Position numbers and translations under genes: made by a program
The notes under the pieces: model-generated
What the model was told of the DNA's origin: nothing
Seen by the model: the letters and a program-made list of their open reading frames with translations, nothing else
Database searches by the model: none
Shown: piece after piece, positions 25,211-39,960 of the stretch
How positions within the stretch are numbered: position 1 is the stretch's first letter
Layout: the number at the start of each line of letters is the position of its first letter
Origin: Octopus sinensis
Lineage: Eukaryota
Direction of reading: 5' to 3'
Assembly (NCBI RefSeq): GCF_006345805.1
Contig: NC_043008.1
Location: 38,378,001 to 38,442,000, forward strand
Length of the DNA stretch: 64,000 bases

Positions 25211-25624
25211 GACGTCTCCTTGAATGGATGGATGGATTACTAACCTATGACTGTTCAATTAACACACCTTGATTATATTGAATACAATGTAAACCAAAAG
25301 AAATTAAACAAACTAAAAAAGAAAGAAAAAAACCGATAAAAGGACATTGGCACGCACCAGGTGAAACTCTACCAATGGTGAACTTCACTCTGGGTTTGTT
25401 ATTTTGTTATTTTCTCTGTCTGATAATCACCTACATATTCCATGACTTCTTTTATATTCAGTATATAGAAATGTTTTCTAAAGATGTTTTTTATCAATAA
25501 AACAGTACTTACTCACCACTTCATTAATAGCATATACGCATAAAGCACTGTTAAAGAGCCAACACTTTTATTGACCAATTCATTGTAATGAACCTGTATA
25601 TGTATAGCATTTGTAGTATTGAAT

Positions 25625-25666
25625 CGTTATCATTATTGTTGTCGTCGTCGTCATCGTCATCGTCAA

Positions 25667-25704
<38 letters not shown>

Positions 25705-25807
25705 CCATTGCAGTCATCATAATCATCTTCATCTTTGTCATACGCGTCATCTTCAACATCGTATCCATCATCACCATCAACAACGATAACACCACCACCA
25801 CCACCAC

Positions 25808-25838
<31 letters not shown>

Positions 25839-25930
25839 TCATCATCATCATCATCATCATCATTATTATTATTATCATCATTGTCATTGTCGTTATCATC
25901 ATCATTTTCATCCTTATCATCATCATCACC
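25625..25930. repeat. (TCA)n/(CCA)n microsatellite
   Basis: Direct reading; explains the poly-S/H/D/M ORFs. Confidence 0.95.
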
Positions 25931-26658
25931 AACTTTGTAACGTAATGTCTGTTTTACTGTGTTGGCATGAGTTGGAACAGATTTGCAATTCACCATCTTG
26001 TTATGAGTCTCAGCCTGTTGTTAAACCAAATGATCAGATACTAAATTCCATGTCTGAGCTAGCCTTCCCTTTTTCTTTGTTTCTTTTTTTTTTTTTTTAA
26101 ATCCTCAATATCCTACCTCTATTACAAATACTTTCTACAACCAACCTACAACCTACAACATATTCTTACTTCACGTTATCCAGAGTTACAACTACATATC
26201 AATGCCAACCTTAATGCATCACTTGCTTTTCTGAACTCACTTTTACTAATGTAATAATACATTTAATTTTATCATCTTTCGTTTGATAAACAAAAACCAG
26301 TCACTGATCTTGATCAAATAAACACAAATGCTTCATTAGATCTCACTGAAGTAAAAAACTACAGATTATCTTTAATCTTTACCCAGACAACCCTTGTCAG
26401 CATGGTGAAATGGATGTTAAAATAATGGTAATGAGATGCAATTTGGCTCTTCTATGTTAGAGGCTTTGGATAGTTGTTCTGCTTCTGATATGTACAAATA
26501 AATTCATGGAGTGCATACTTTTTAAAGCTGACTGTGCAACTTAATGTAATTCTGTCAAATAATATAAAATTTGGGTGACCCTATCTTTGTGCTAGGATGA
26601 TTGTGGAACATGAAATAACATGTCTAATTTGCGTAACAGCAAAGCAAAATTCTTTTAT

Positions 26659-27115
26659 TGGCTGTGTGGTTAACAAGTTCACATCACAACCATATGGTTT
26701 TAGGTTCAGTTCTACAGTGTTATATCTTCTACTCTAGCCCCAGGTTGACCAAAGACCTGAGGGTGTACTTGATAGACAGAAACTGAAAGATGCCTTGTGT
26801 ACGTGTGTGTATGTGTATGTGCATATGTGTATGAATGTGAGTGTGCGTAAAGACGTATATGTACCTTTGTATCTCCTTGTTTTTGCCCCATGTGATAGTT
26901 GTAAGTGAGCTTTATCATATAAGTAGTGCTGCGTGTTTTAAATCCTTTGTGAAAAATATATTGGTTGATGAAGAAATATCACCTTGCTTGGAAACAGGTG
27001 AAAGATAGCAACAGGAAAGGCATACAGCTGTAGAAAATCTGCCATAACAAATTCTATCTGATCCATGCAAGCATGGGATTGTGGGCACTAAAACAATAAT
27101 GATTCTGATGATGAT
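26659..27115 (+). mobile_element. Composite SINE (family-A-like head, RTE-type tail)
   Basis: GGCTGTGTGGTTAA...GACAGAAACTGAAAGA...CTTGGAAACAGGTGA...GATCCATGCAAGCATGG...(GAT)n. Confidence 0.7.
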
Positions 27116-29130
27116 AATATCAAAGAAGATTTTTAACTGTTCGTTTGAAACAGTTGTGGTTGCTGAGCTGGTGCTAAATATGCCTAATTGCTTGTTATTA
27201 AGGAAACGTTTGAACCAGTAGGAGCTGATAGTGAGTTTATGACCAATTCGTAGGCCTAGAACTCTTAATATATTAGCTGTCTTGCATGATGGTCAAAGCT
27301 GGTTGTCTGATCAGCAATGTAACAGACAATTCTTTGTTCATATATGTGCTAACATTCTTAAAGTATGAAGCATAAATTTTAAGTCTTAAATAATTAAATG
27401 TTACATTCAGATCTAGATTGTTGAGCAAATAGTGGTGGTCTTCATGCAGGGCAGTATATCTATATTTACAGCACTAGATCTATGAGTTGGTCATAAACGT
27501 TCAGTGAATTAGCACTGGCTTAGAAGTCTCCTTAATAACAGGCAATTGAGGATGTGTAGTACCAGCTCAACAATTATGGCTGTGTTTCAATTCACCAAAA
27601 GCAGCTTGCAGTTGAGTGCAGTAACATAAGTCTATCATCAATGCTTCAACATAAAACAGCCATCAATTACCACAGATAAGAAGATCAATACCTAAACATA
27701 AAAATGCCAACAGCTTAAAAAGGGATGACCAAAAAGAAAACAAAAAAAAACTTTATTGCATTATTTTGGTGTAATGATTCCTTTTCAGCAATATTATAAT
27801 GATATTTTTAATCAAACTATTTTTGTCGGTTTTCGCAATCTGTCTAGTAGTGACATTTATTAGATGGTGATGTTAATAATATCCTACTGTACATATATTC
27901 TATGTACAATGAGATATGTTTTATTAGGATGAGTTATGGTGCTAAGTATTGCTAATTTGGATCATATTTCAGCTAATACTAAGCAATAAAAGTGACACTA
28001 ATTATTTTATAAATTCATATTTACATTCAGTTATTATCTGCTATTATATGTCTGCATTAAAAATTGTCTTTTTTTAGCATAATAATAACATCCTGGAAGT
28101 GATATATGTATATTTTACATCAAATAAAAATCATTAAATATAAAATTAAAAATTAAGAAAACTATCTGGTGTCTTAATTCCTCCATTTACACAATTATTG
28201 AAATGCAGAAATATTTTTTGAAACGACTATTAAGAATAGGTTGATACGATAATGGTTGTAGAAATTCTAAATTAGATATAGCCTGAATGACAAAAACAGG
28301 AACTATAAGAACAATGCCATATTTTACTATGCATTATTTCACATGATTTCAATCTAAAAGTTATCTTTGCTTCTATTACAATTTAAAGTGAAGTAAATTC
28401 TTAACTATTTACCTAGAAGATATTTATATTTCCATAATTATAAAATGGAAAATAGCTTTGAATATTTCCTTGTTTATTTATTTAGTTAGTTATTTTTGTT
28501 TTGTTTTTTTCTTTTGAATCAGAAGCTAATTTTGAATTCCTAATTATCACATGCAAATGATACACTGAATGCTAAATGAATTAAAACTTTTCATTGTATT
28601 TCTTTTAATGTATTGCTGCTTAAGTATTATATTAGTTTATAGCTGATACATTTACAAAATTTCCATTTCTATGGCTCAGTGTGCTTTCTCGTCGCCTTCT
28701 CTAGATTGGCATGTAACTTAAAGATTTATTTTAGAGGAAATGGAAAATGCTAGTTGTGATGTTCAGACATTTTCCAAAAGACATTAAACATGTAAATCAA
28801 CAGAAGTAGCAACAACTAAATTCTTTTCAATGAACTTAACCTCCTAACAATAGATAGTTGGCATTTAAATACATTATTTAATGGTAAATAAGAAAATATA
28901 TTTGGTTGTTGAGACATAATGCAAACTCTGTTTCCATGGCAATGCATTTGGAGCAAATCTTTTCAATAAAGCATGGGTATGAGCTTGTGATTAAGTTTCC
29001 TTTTCAACCCCGTGGTTCTGGGTTCATTCCCAACACATGACACCTTTTGTCTACTGTAGTCCTGGACTAACCAGTTCTATGTGTGTGATTTCAGTAGACA
29101 AAAACTGAGATAAGCCATCATCATTTTACA

Positions 29131-29181
<51 letters not shown>

Positions 29182-29182
29182 C

Positions 29183-29242
<60 letters not shown>

Positions 29243-29353
29243 CATTATTTCTCTCTCTCTCTTTCTCTCTCTCTGTCTTTCTCTCTCTGTCTTTCTCTCT
29301 CTGTCTTTCTCTCTCTCTCTCTATATATATATATATGTATATATATATATACC

Positions 29354-29754
29354 CTTTTACTCTTTTACTTGTTTCAGTCATGTGACTGTGGCCATGCTGG
29401 AGCAACGCCTTTAGTCGAGCAAATTGGCCCCAGGACTTATTCTTTGTAAGCCTAGTACTTATTCTATCAGTCTCTTTTGCTGAACCGCTAAGTTACAGGA
29501 ACGTAAACACACTAGCATTGGTTTTCAAGCGATGTTGAGGGGACAAACAGAGACACACAAACATACACACACACACATATGTATATACATATATACGACG
29601 GGCTTCTTTCAGTTTCCATCTACCAAATCCATTCACAAGACTTTGGTTGGCCTGATGCTATAGTAGAAGACACTTGCCCAAGGTGCCATACAGTGGGACT
29701 GAACCTGAAACCAAGTGGTTCGTAAGCAAGCTACTTACCACACAGCCACTCCTA
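29354..29754 (-). mobile_element. Family-A SINE, full length
   Basis: Reverse complement of 24172-24593. Confidence 0.92.
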
Positions 29755-31539
29755 TGCCTATATGAAATATTCTGCATTGAAAAGTGTTCCTTCTGCTTAC
29801 AACACATGGTGACATCTGTTGTGCAATTTATTTACAAATAAGGGCCAATGATGCAGCACAGAATTTTGTCAGTGAACAGGTCACGGTCTCAAAGCGACGA
29901 AAATATTTTGGCAAATTAAATTTAAATGTTGAAGTGTATCTAACGGTTTTTGTGTGTTTCTTAAATGGCTTATAAGCACCTTCCACACTGCAATTGTTTT
30001 CGTTCCAGCACACAATCTCAGATCAGGTCACTTGCTATGCAAGTACATCTCTGTAATGCCTATGATTGCTTTATAGTCAAGTGTCTTGAATATGAAAATT
30101 CAAGCAGTTCTAGCACTGGTTTCATGAGCTTCTATGATCCATTATTGAACAGTTTATTAACTCAGTCAAGTTGAGATATCTATATGCATGTATATAGCCA
30201 ACGATAAATATATAATTAGTTGAATAATTTATAAATAATTTATGAATTATTTATAGGTACATAAGCAACATGTTAGGATACTTTCATTCACTGCTTGAAA
30301 AACAAAGCCCATAGATATTTGTCTAAGTGACAGAAAGAATGTCTTTTTGTTTTTGTTTTTTTTCCGATTGAAAAGAGAATATGAGAATTCTAAAGATATT
30401 AAGTACTTGGGCTTGCAGTGTTCTCCTTACTGCATACTTCCAATGTAATGATAGCATGCATTTAATGTGGATTGTTGATAGGGTTTTATTCTTAATAAGA
30501 TCATAACAAAACTTCAAAAGGAAATCTTCAAAAGAATCAGTACCTTAATTATGTGTGGTTATGTGCACACAAAACACAGATGCATACACACACATATTTT
30601 GTACACATACATATATATGGGTATATATATACATATATATTTGTATGTATGTATATATGTACACACACATACACATACATGTATATGCATGTATATGAGT
30701 ATATATGTATGTAAGTATATATATAAATTATATGTTGGAAAAATAAGAATAAACACTAGTTTGTATGTCCATATATATATATATATATATATACATATAC
30801 ACACAAATGTGTGTCTGTGTGAAAGAAATAAAGAACAAGCAATGCCAAAGATGAAAAGGAAAATAAGCTTAACAGCTGTTATCTGCTGTAAAAATGGCAT
30901 TTGGAAATTCAGAAGAAAATGCCTGGATTACTGCACGATTTCTTCAGAAAATATCAGACTGCTTAATATCTATCAATGATATAGACTCAATTAAAAGTAA
31001 GTTGTTGTTCTCAATGAGGAAATTATATTGTTTTGCTCAGAAGTGAGTGGATGGTAGTAGTAATGTGAATTGTGTTGTGTCTCTGGGAAACAAAGAAAAC
31101 GGTTGCAAGAGAAAGTAATAGAGACATATATCAAATTCTTAATGCAATACTAAAACCATATTACAGAACGAGAAAGAAACCCACTGAAAGAACAAGAACT
31201 TGGTGATAGCAAACATGGCATAGCAATTTTTATGGCAACATCATGCCAGCGTTCATGTTTTAGGATTATGTTATATTCAAACAAAATATTTTATGAGTTT
31301 ATTTCTCAAAATATGAGCAATTGTATCAAAATGGTAATTAAAAAAATTAAATTAATTTTTATTTTACGTTTCAAAAATTTTTATAAGCTTTTAGTTCTGA
31401 TACATTTTTACCAAAATTAGTAATTTGAGATTTAAATTGGAATTAATCTGATTCTAATTTTAATGCTATACTGTTGGAAATAATTTGAAAAGTAACTTTT
31501 TCTTTGAACTATCATACAAATATTGCTTATGGATATTAT

Positions 31540-31617
31540 AAAATTGATGAAATATATAAATTGTTATTTATATTTATATATAAATATATATATAAAAAAT
31601 TCAAATATCTATATATA

Positions 31618-31700
<83 letters not shown>

Positions 31701-31810
31701 CAAATATTTATATATGAATATACTTTTATAATTTATATATTTATATAATAAATCATTATTTATATATAAAAATAAATACATAAATAATCTAAATAATTTA
31801 AATATATATT
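31540..31810. repeat. (AT)n microsatellite in near-pure AT sequence
   Basis: Direct reading. Confidence 0.9.
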
Positions 31811-32484
31811 ATAAATAAATAAACTGCATTTCAAACTAATTTTGCCTGCTTCTACTTGTTTGTAGATGTATAAGTGTATGTGCGTGCAGGCAAGAGTGTG
31901 TGTTTGTGTATGTGTGTGTGTGTGTGTAGCATAAGTGTTTCAATGCAAGTATCCAATTTCCTGTTTTTCACCTGCATTCAATAACAAATTTATTAAACAC
32001 CTTGGCTGAATGTAAGCTTCTTCTTATGAATCTTAGTTTATATTGTAATGATCTGTGACAGTATAATATAGGACAAGTACCAAATCTTTAGCTGTGTAGA
32101 TAAAAGCAAATCAGGTATCCTTAGATAAATTAAACCTGTGTATGACCGGCACCAAATCTTTTGTTAGATACATAGTAGTAAATATGATGCTCTTCAACTA
32201 AAGTTGTGTATATTATCTATATCTTCCATTATAAAGCTGGGTAAGTACCAAATATTTAGCTAGGTATATAGAAGCTAATAACAAATGTCTGATAATAACT
32301 AGCAGCAATAGAAGTATCACAGAGTAGATTAGCATCCAAGTAAATGGTTTTGAGTTTTGTTAGGGGTTTGTTTTATTCCCCCAGTTGTAGGCATCTCACT
32401 TCATTTAAAGAAGTTAATGACCGAGCAGAAAGCACAAATCTTACGATTCCTTCTTTAGTTCTTTAGATTTCATGTCAATCATGG

Positions 32485-32745
<261 letters not shown>

Positions 32746-33129
32746 AGTGCCAATGTCCCATACTGGCACAGTTGAACAGTTTGACAGAATCCAACAGGTC
32801 CAAGAACTCTATCGTGTTCCATTATTTATTCACTTATGCAAAGTTTCTTTTAAGCTGGATGCTCTTCTTAAGACCAACGATTTTACAGTGAAATAAGCAT
32901 AAGCAACAAAGTAAATACTCTTATATAATGTCCCACCCATCAGAAACTTCATGGAATACTACGACAGCAAAAGACAGAAAGAAGATACGTATCCTGAAAT
33001 AAATACAATATTCAAAGAAGAATCTACTGCCAAGTAATTGCCCATCAGTTGTATCATTGTCAATACACACAACATTGGTTTTTGAACAAGGCTGAACCTA
33101 ATACTTCAATGGTGCTTACTTTATATATG

Positions 33130-33350
33130 AGGTGGTGAGCTGGTAGAAACGTTAGCATGCCAGGCGAAATGTTTAGAGGTATTTCGTCTGCCGCTACGTT
33201 CTGAGTTCAAATTCGACTTTGCCTTTCATCCTTTCAGGGTCGATTAAACAAGTACCAGTTACACACTGGGGTCGATGTAATTGACTTAATCCTTGTCTGT
33301 CCTTGTTTGTCCCCTCTGTGTATAGCCCCTTGTGAGTAGTAAAGAAATGG
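33130..33350 (+). mobile_element. Family-B tRNA SINE, full length, with 15-bp TSD
   Basis: GGTGGTGAGCTGGTAGAAACGTTAGC...GTTCTGAGTTCAAATTC...GCCTTTCATCCTTTCAGGGTCGAT...AAAGAAATGG; TSD GGTGCTTACTTTATA at 33111-33125 and 33350-33364. Confidence 0.92.
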
Positions 33351-34396
33351 GTGCTTACTTTATAAAATCTAAAAGAATGGACAGCAACTTTGAACTTGGC
33401 TGAATTTTCATTCAAAATATAAAGGGATGAGTGTAAATATAACAAGGTGCTATTTACAAAGCTTTGCTGTTTCTGCTACTTTGTTGCCACCATCATCATC
33501 ATCATCAGATACAAAATATTGAAAGAAAGCAATGGTTCTGATATTGAATTAAATTGTGCTGTTGGGATTTGATTATACCTGGAAGCAATTTAATTATTGT
33601 GTTATGGCAGCAAGTTTAGTACCACTTCAGCTGTAAAATTAGTTTTCTTAATAGGCATTTTCGGTAGTAATTATCATATTCTAATATATGATGATTAAAA
33701 AATGCATTGTATGAGTTGACAGCAAAATATATTGAAGCAGGGGAGTAAGAGAGTAGGGGTAAAAAGAGACAGAGAGAGACAAAATAAAAACAAAGGGAGA
33801 GACCCCGAGATGATCTGCAGATAAATAAGTATGGGGTCAGATTTGAGAAAATTAGGTCTCACCGACAAAATAATAGAGTATAAATGCAATTAGTTTGTAT
33901 GGCATTCATTCCTTGTTAATACAGTAAAATGGGCATTAAAACAATGACAATATATAACAATGATTCAGGTTTCAGTGCATAATGATGCATACATTTAGCC
34001 CAGATTGCATTACCTCTAATAAACACCAATTCCTCATATAAAGCCATTTGAATGGTTGAAAAAGTAGAACTGGTTTAAAAGTTGTAATGGTGAGGATTTC
34101 TGGTTCTTTATAATTGGATTTCAAATACTGACAATATTCTATTTTGTCTTTCAAACTCCAGGTTTTATGACACGAATACCAATAATGCATTGTAGGTTTA
34201 TTTAACTGGCTGCTTCTGGATTCCTCCTCTTAAAGTACAAAACAATGAAGGAATCTCTAATTGGTGATTTGACCTGGAAGAAATAGTAACTAAATCTCCT
34301 GTAAATCACATCCTACTATTGAATAATGAAGTGATAGACACAGGAATTGAATAATCTTCTTTGTTTGCATCAACATAGTCATCATCATTGTAATTA

Positions 34397-34579
34397 TTCT
34401 TTTATTTTGTTTCAGTCATTTGACTGCGGCCATGCTGGAGCTCCGCCTTTAGTCAAGCAAATTGACCCCAGGACTTATTCTTTGTAAGCCTAGTACTTAT
34501 TCTATCAGTCTCACTTGCCAAACCAGCCATTGGTTGTCAAGCGATGTTGGGGGAACAAACACAGATACACAAACATATA

Positions 34580-34616
<37 letters not shown>

Positions 34617-34774
34617 GATGGGCTTCTTTCAGTTACCATCTACCAAATCCACTCACAAGGCTTTGGTCAGCCCGAGGCTATAGTAGAAGACACTTGTCCA
34701 AGGTGCCACGCAGTGGGACTGAACCCAGAACCATGTGGTTAGTAAGCAAGCTACTTACCATCCAGCCACTCCTG
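34397..34774 (-). mobile_element. Family-A SINE, full length
   Basis: Reverse complement of 24172-24593. Confidence 0.92.
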
Positions 34775-34799
34775 TGCCATTATTAACATCACCATCAAT

Positions 34800-34810
34800 A
34801 TCATTATTAA

Positions 34811-34853
<43 letters not shown>

Positions 34854-35150
34854 GTCGTCGTTGTCATCATCTGTTACCAATTATCTTCCACTATTTATCC
34901 TCTATGCTGGTATGTGTTGGATGACTCAACAGGATGCAACAGGTTGGCAGACTATGTCATGCTCCAATGTGTTCTTCAGTATGGTTTCTACAGCTAGGTG
35001 TCCTTCCTATTGCTAACCACATGTTAGTGAGTTCTGGGTGCTATTTTCTCACTGTACCATAGCTCACAAGACATAATTCCTCTTTGACCGATTGAGACAA
35101 CAGTAGAGAGGAAGGCAGCTTCATGCTAGATGATGGAAGGTTAAAGTTTG
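34800..35150 (-). mobile_element. Decayed RTE-type 3' tail repeat
   Basis: (CAT)n followed by CTATGCTGGTATGTGTTGGATG...TTTCTACAGCTAGGTGTCCTTCCTATTGCTAACC. Confidence 0.6.
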
Positions 35151-35743
35151 CAAGAAAAATAAATAAATGAATAAGAGCCAGAACATGATTTTTCACTGTA
35201 GAAGTGGTACATGGCTGCTCACATGGAGGATAAAAAAATCAACATGCATGAGCATGCCTGGAATGCCTTATAGGTTATTTCAGTCAGGATTGACCAGGGA
35301 CTAAATGAAGAACAATACAAACAGCAATTACAGTTTTGTTTCTATGGAAAAAATTACTATTTCTCCAGTAAAACTAAGAGTGTTCCACATAAGTGGCTAA
35401 ACTGATTGTAAAATACATCAGTTTTTCTTTCCTCTTTATATTTTTTCTTGAAGAAAATGACATTTTACATAAGAGAAACAAAAACATCAATGGTATAGAA
35501 ACAGAAAAAACATTAGTTAATACGAAATTGTGAGGCTTTTCTTTTCATAAAAGTTCTTTTTAACATGACATAATGGAAATTATTTGCTGACATGTCTGGT
35601 GAACAGAACACATTTCTGCATTATGTAAGGTTTCTCATCTATGCACATATTAGACACCTGCACAAACACCCCACCACCACACACACAAACTCATGCATAC
35701 ATATATTATGTATGTATTTATATATAATTTCTATAAAATATGT

Positions 35744-35793
<50 letters not shown>

Positions 35794-35944
35794 TATATAT
35801 AAAATATATATATGTATATATTATATATTTTCTATAAAAATTATTTTTTAAATATAGGTTATATATATATGCTAATATTTTTATTTAGTACACTTATACA
35901 TCTGTTACATCTTCACCATCTCTTTCCCCTCTCTCCCCTTTCTC

Positions 35945-36310
35945 TTTCTTGCTGAGGTAGTCATGATACCTACTTGTGTCCCCCTCTCTTCATACTCTAA
36001 CCTGTCATCACCTGGCGCAAAGCCACCTCCTTCATCACTGCTCCTGCTTCAGATGAGGTGAGGGTTTCACCTTGTAAGCTATATAGTGACCTCACTCTTG
36101 CTGATGCTTGCATAAATAGTTCCCAGTACACTCTGTAAGGTGGTTGGTGCTAGAAAGGGCATCGTTTCTTAGGAACAATGTCAAAGCAGACAGTAGAGCT
36201 TGGAGCAATCTTTTAACTTGTCAGTTCCTGGCCAACCATCCGACTCATACCAGCATGGTAAACGGACGTTAAATGATGATGACGATGATGATGATGACAA
36301 CGATGATGAT
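35945..36310 (+). mobile_element. RTE-type 3' tail repeat
   Basis: GGTTGGTGCTAGAAAGGGCATC...CCAACCATCCGACTCATACCAGCATGGTAAACGGACGTTAAA(TGA)n. Confidence 0.7.
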
Positions 36311-37449
36311 ACATATGGGCACGTATTTGTGTTTATACACAGACACACGTGCACACACACAGGATATAATTGTACAAATTACACATGTATATGTAATTTG
36401 ATTATTCCATTAAAGCCATGACAATAATTTTAAACCCAGGTCTGATTGTGGATAACAGGGATCAGCAAGAGACATAAGGGGCAGGTAGATCAATAGATTG
36501 ATAGACATGCTGACAGGTAACTGTCAATGAGCTTTTAACTATGATAATTATATTCACATGTAATAATGACATGTATTTGCTTCTTGCGCAAGAATTTACC
36601 TGAGTCAGTGACAGAAGTGATGGTGGCGGTAGTAGAAACAGTAGAAGTAGTAGAGGCCTGTGCTTGGATTTTGGTTCTGAGAACTAATTCTCAGTACATA
36701 ATCACTTGTTACAAGGTGTGCGACAAATAACTGTTTGTTTACTTATTTACATTCTTCGCTTTCCGCTCCTCCTCCTCCTCCTCCTCCTCTTCCTCATCGT
36801 TAACCTTTTCATGTCTCTGTCAAGTGATGAGATATATTCTGACAGAAACTGAAATGCATTATTCAGAATTCCAACAATGCTTATTGATTATTTTAGTCAG
36901 GTTAAAAGGTACGTACAGCGTTTTATCTTGGATAACTTTGCTGAGCTCAGGAAAATAGGATTTCACCAAGATTTCGTGTAGCACTTCATTTCATCTTTCA
37001 GCTGTATTTTTAATCTATATTTGATCCTGAATCCTAGCCACTTTAACTTAGCTCACTTGAATCAATGAATGAATGCAGGAAGTAAGAAATGTAATAAAAA
37101 CAGCCTGTGATTTTTAAATTTATCTTTGCATAACCCTAAATAAATCTTTCTGCTCTTATACAACCAATTTTCACAAGTCACTAGATAGATATCCAGTAGA
37201 TTTCCATTCTATTAGATTTTATTATTAGATTCTGTTTTGTAATATTTTGTATACACCGATTAAGGATAGCAAGTTAGCAGAAATCCCTTGAAGAACTTAA
37301 AGTTCATCCCTTCGGTGTTTCGTGCTCAAATTTTGCTACTGTCAGATATAACTTTTGATCTTACTGAATTGATTAAATAAGAATCAGTTACATGGTGGGT
37401 TAACTAAAGACACAAACTTTGTATATATATGTAAGTAAAATCAATAAAT

Positions 37450-37543
37450 AATAATGATCAGTAAATATGTATACGTATATATGTATGTCTCCATATATGT
37501 ATTGATGTATGTTTCTGTATGTATTTATAGGGCCAGGTATATA

Positions 37544-37598
<55 letters not shown>

Positions 37599-38098
37599 TA
37601 TTATATATATATATATGTATACATATGTATATGTGTATAAATATATATCTATACATATATATCATATATATTATATATATAGAACATACATGCATACTTA
37701 TATACATATATTTGTAAAAGGAAAAGAATGACTTCAGTGGTAGTTCTAATCGATTTAATTTTCTGATAATATAATTTTACAGTTTGGTATACATACATAC
37801 ATCTATATATAAACATTTATATTCACATGCACACACAAACACAACACACACACACACACACACAACACACTCACACGACACACACACACGTATACACACA
37901 CATATAGATAGATATATAGATAACTATATTCATGTAAATATAAGTTTATATATATATGTATGTTTACATGTACATTAGTATGCACATATATATATATACA
38001 TAATTTTGTATATGGTATATATATATGTGCATATATGAAAACGTATGCGTATATTTATTATTTTATATATATATATGTAATGCATATATATACATGTA

Positions 38099-38167
<69 letters not shown>

Positions 38168-38287
38168 GTATGCATATATACATATATATATGTATGTGTA
38201 TATATATATATATATATATACATACATACATATATATGTGTATATATATGCATACATATATGTATTATATATATATATTATATATAT

Positions 38288-38330
<43 letters not shown>

Positions 38331-38350
38331 ACATGCATATATAATATTTA
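37450..38350. repeat. ~900-bp degenerate (AT)n/(AC)n field
   Basis: Direct reading; source of many I/Y ORFs. Confidence 0.9.
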
Positions 38351-39419
38351 TGCAGATACACACATACTGGTGTCAATTCAATTGACACATGTCCCCTAAA
38401 AAACTAGGCCTTGTATTTTACATTTAGAAATCAATATATTAAATATCAATTTGTTTCATGTTTAGAGCAGAAAATATAACAAAAACATTGTAATGATTTC
38501 CTTTTATCGCTGTCTTAATGCAATAGAGTGAATTTCGGCAGCGGTGCCTACATTGCTGTGTTAACAGAGTCAGCAACACAACGGAGATCAGAGGCGGGCC
38601 AACAAACACCGAAAACAGAATTAGAACATAAAAGCTTGTATATGTATGTGTGTGTGTGTAAGGTGAGTATAGTGGTGGTGGTGGTGGTGGTGGTGGTGGT
38701 GGTGAAAAAATCTAATAATACTAATATTGAAAACCAAGCATGATGGTTATGATGATATTGATCTGGAAGAGCAAGAAGAAGGTGATGATGATTATGAGAA
38801 TGTTGATGATATCAATGATGATGATGATGATGATGATCAGCATCAACCAGTCAAAAAAATAAATAAATAAATAAATAAAAATGTAAAATTAAGTGAAAGG
38901 GTTAAATTGCTTGCTCTACCTGAAAGCAGAATAAATTTGATGCTTTTTTTTTCTATCACATATAATTTCATTCTTTTTCTAAACAATCACGTTATATTCT
39001 AATTTGTACTCAAGTATGATTTGATTATCAGAAACTATGTTGTCATTAACGATGAACATTTTCCAACATCAAAACGTGCATTAGCTGAAGAATAAAAACA
39101 GCTTTCATTTACTTATCTAAGTTACTCGCAGGAAAACAGCCAGTATTGTTGGAGATGATGATATCAAATAATACATACCTGCAAAAGAGAGAAAAAAAAA
39201 TTAATAAATAAATAAAATATCTTAATACCTATGAAATAAATATTCTCTTTTGTTATATAAGAACCAATACATTTATTGAGTAGGCTAATGGCATGTAATA
39301 AAATATTTATGATTAATATATCGTGGAAGCTGGAAGAAAACAAAAATATGGTGAAGTCCGGAAACTAGAACAACTTCTATGTTATATATTTTTTATATAA
39401 GTGTGTGTTTCTGTGCTCA

Positions 39420-39499
39420 TATATACATATATATGTGTGATGTGTATATATGTATATATATATAGTATGTATGTATGTATATACATATATATATATACA

Positions 39500-39532
<33 letters not shown>

Positions 39533-39551
39533 ATATATGTATATATATATG

Positions 39552-39612
<61 letters not shown>

Positions 39613-39827
39613 TGAAAATCAAGTAAGGGTTGGTTTTGAGAAGGGCATCAAGCTGTAGAATATTGCCTCAAATCTTTCAGTCATACCTGTGTGGGTTGAA
39701 GTTGATTTGAGGCATCATCATGCCAGTATGATGTTGTTGATGATGGTGATGATGATGGTGATGGAAAACATAATATATTTACATCTATTTATCTGTGTGT
39801 GTGTAGTCTATGTATATATTTTTTATA

Positions 39828-39870
<43 letters not shown>

Positions 39871-39960
39871 ATATATATCCCATATATATATACTACTATA
39901 TATATATAATATACATATATACATATAATACATATATATATACATAATATATATAAATAG
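39420..39960. repeat. (AT)n/(ATGT)n fields
   Basis: Direct reading. Confidence 0.85.

Noticed and set aside
29784-30174. Three 61-69 aa ORFs in unique sequence
   Set aside because: Non-ATG starts or no motif; overlapping on both strands; lengths expected by chance.
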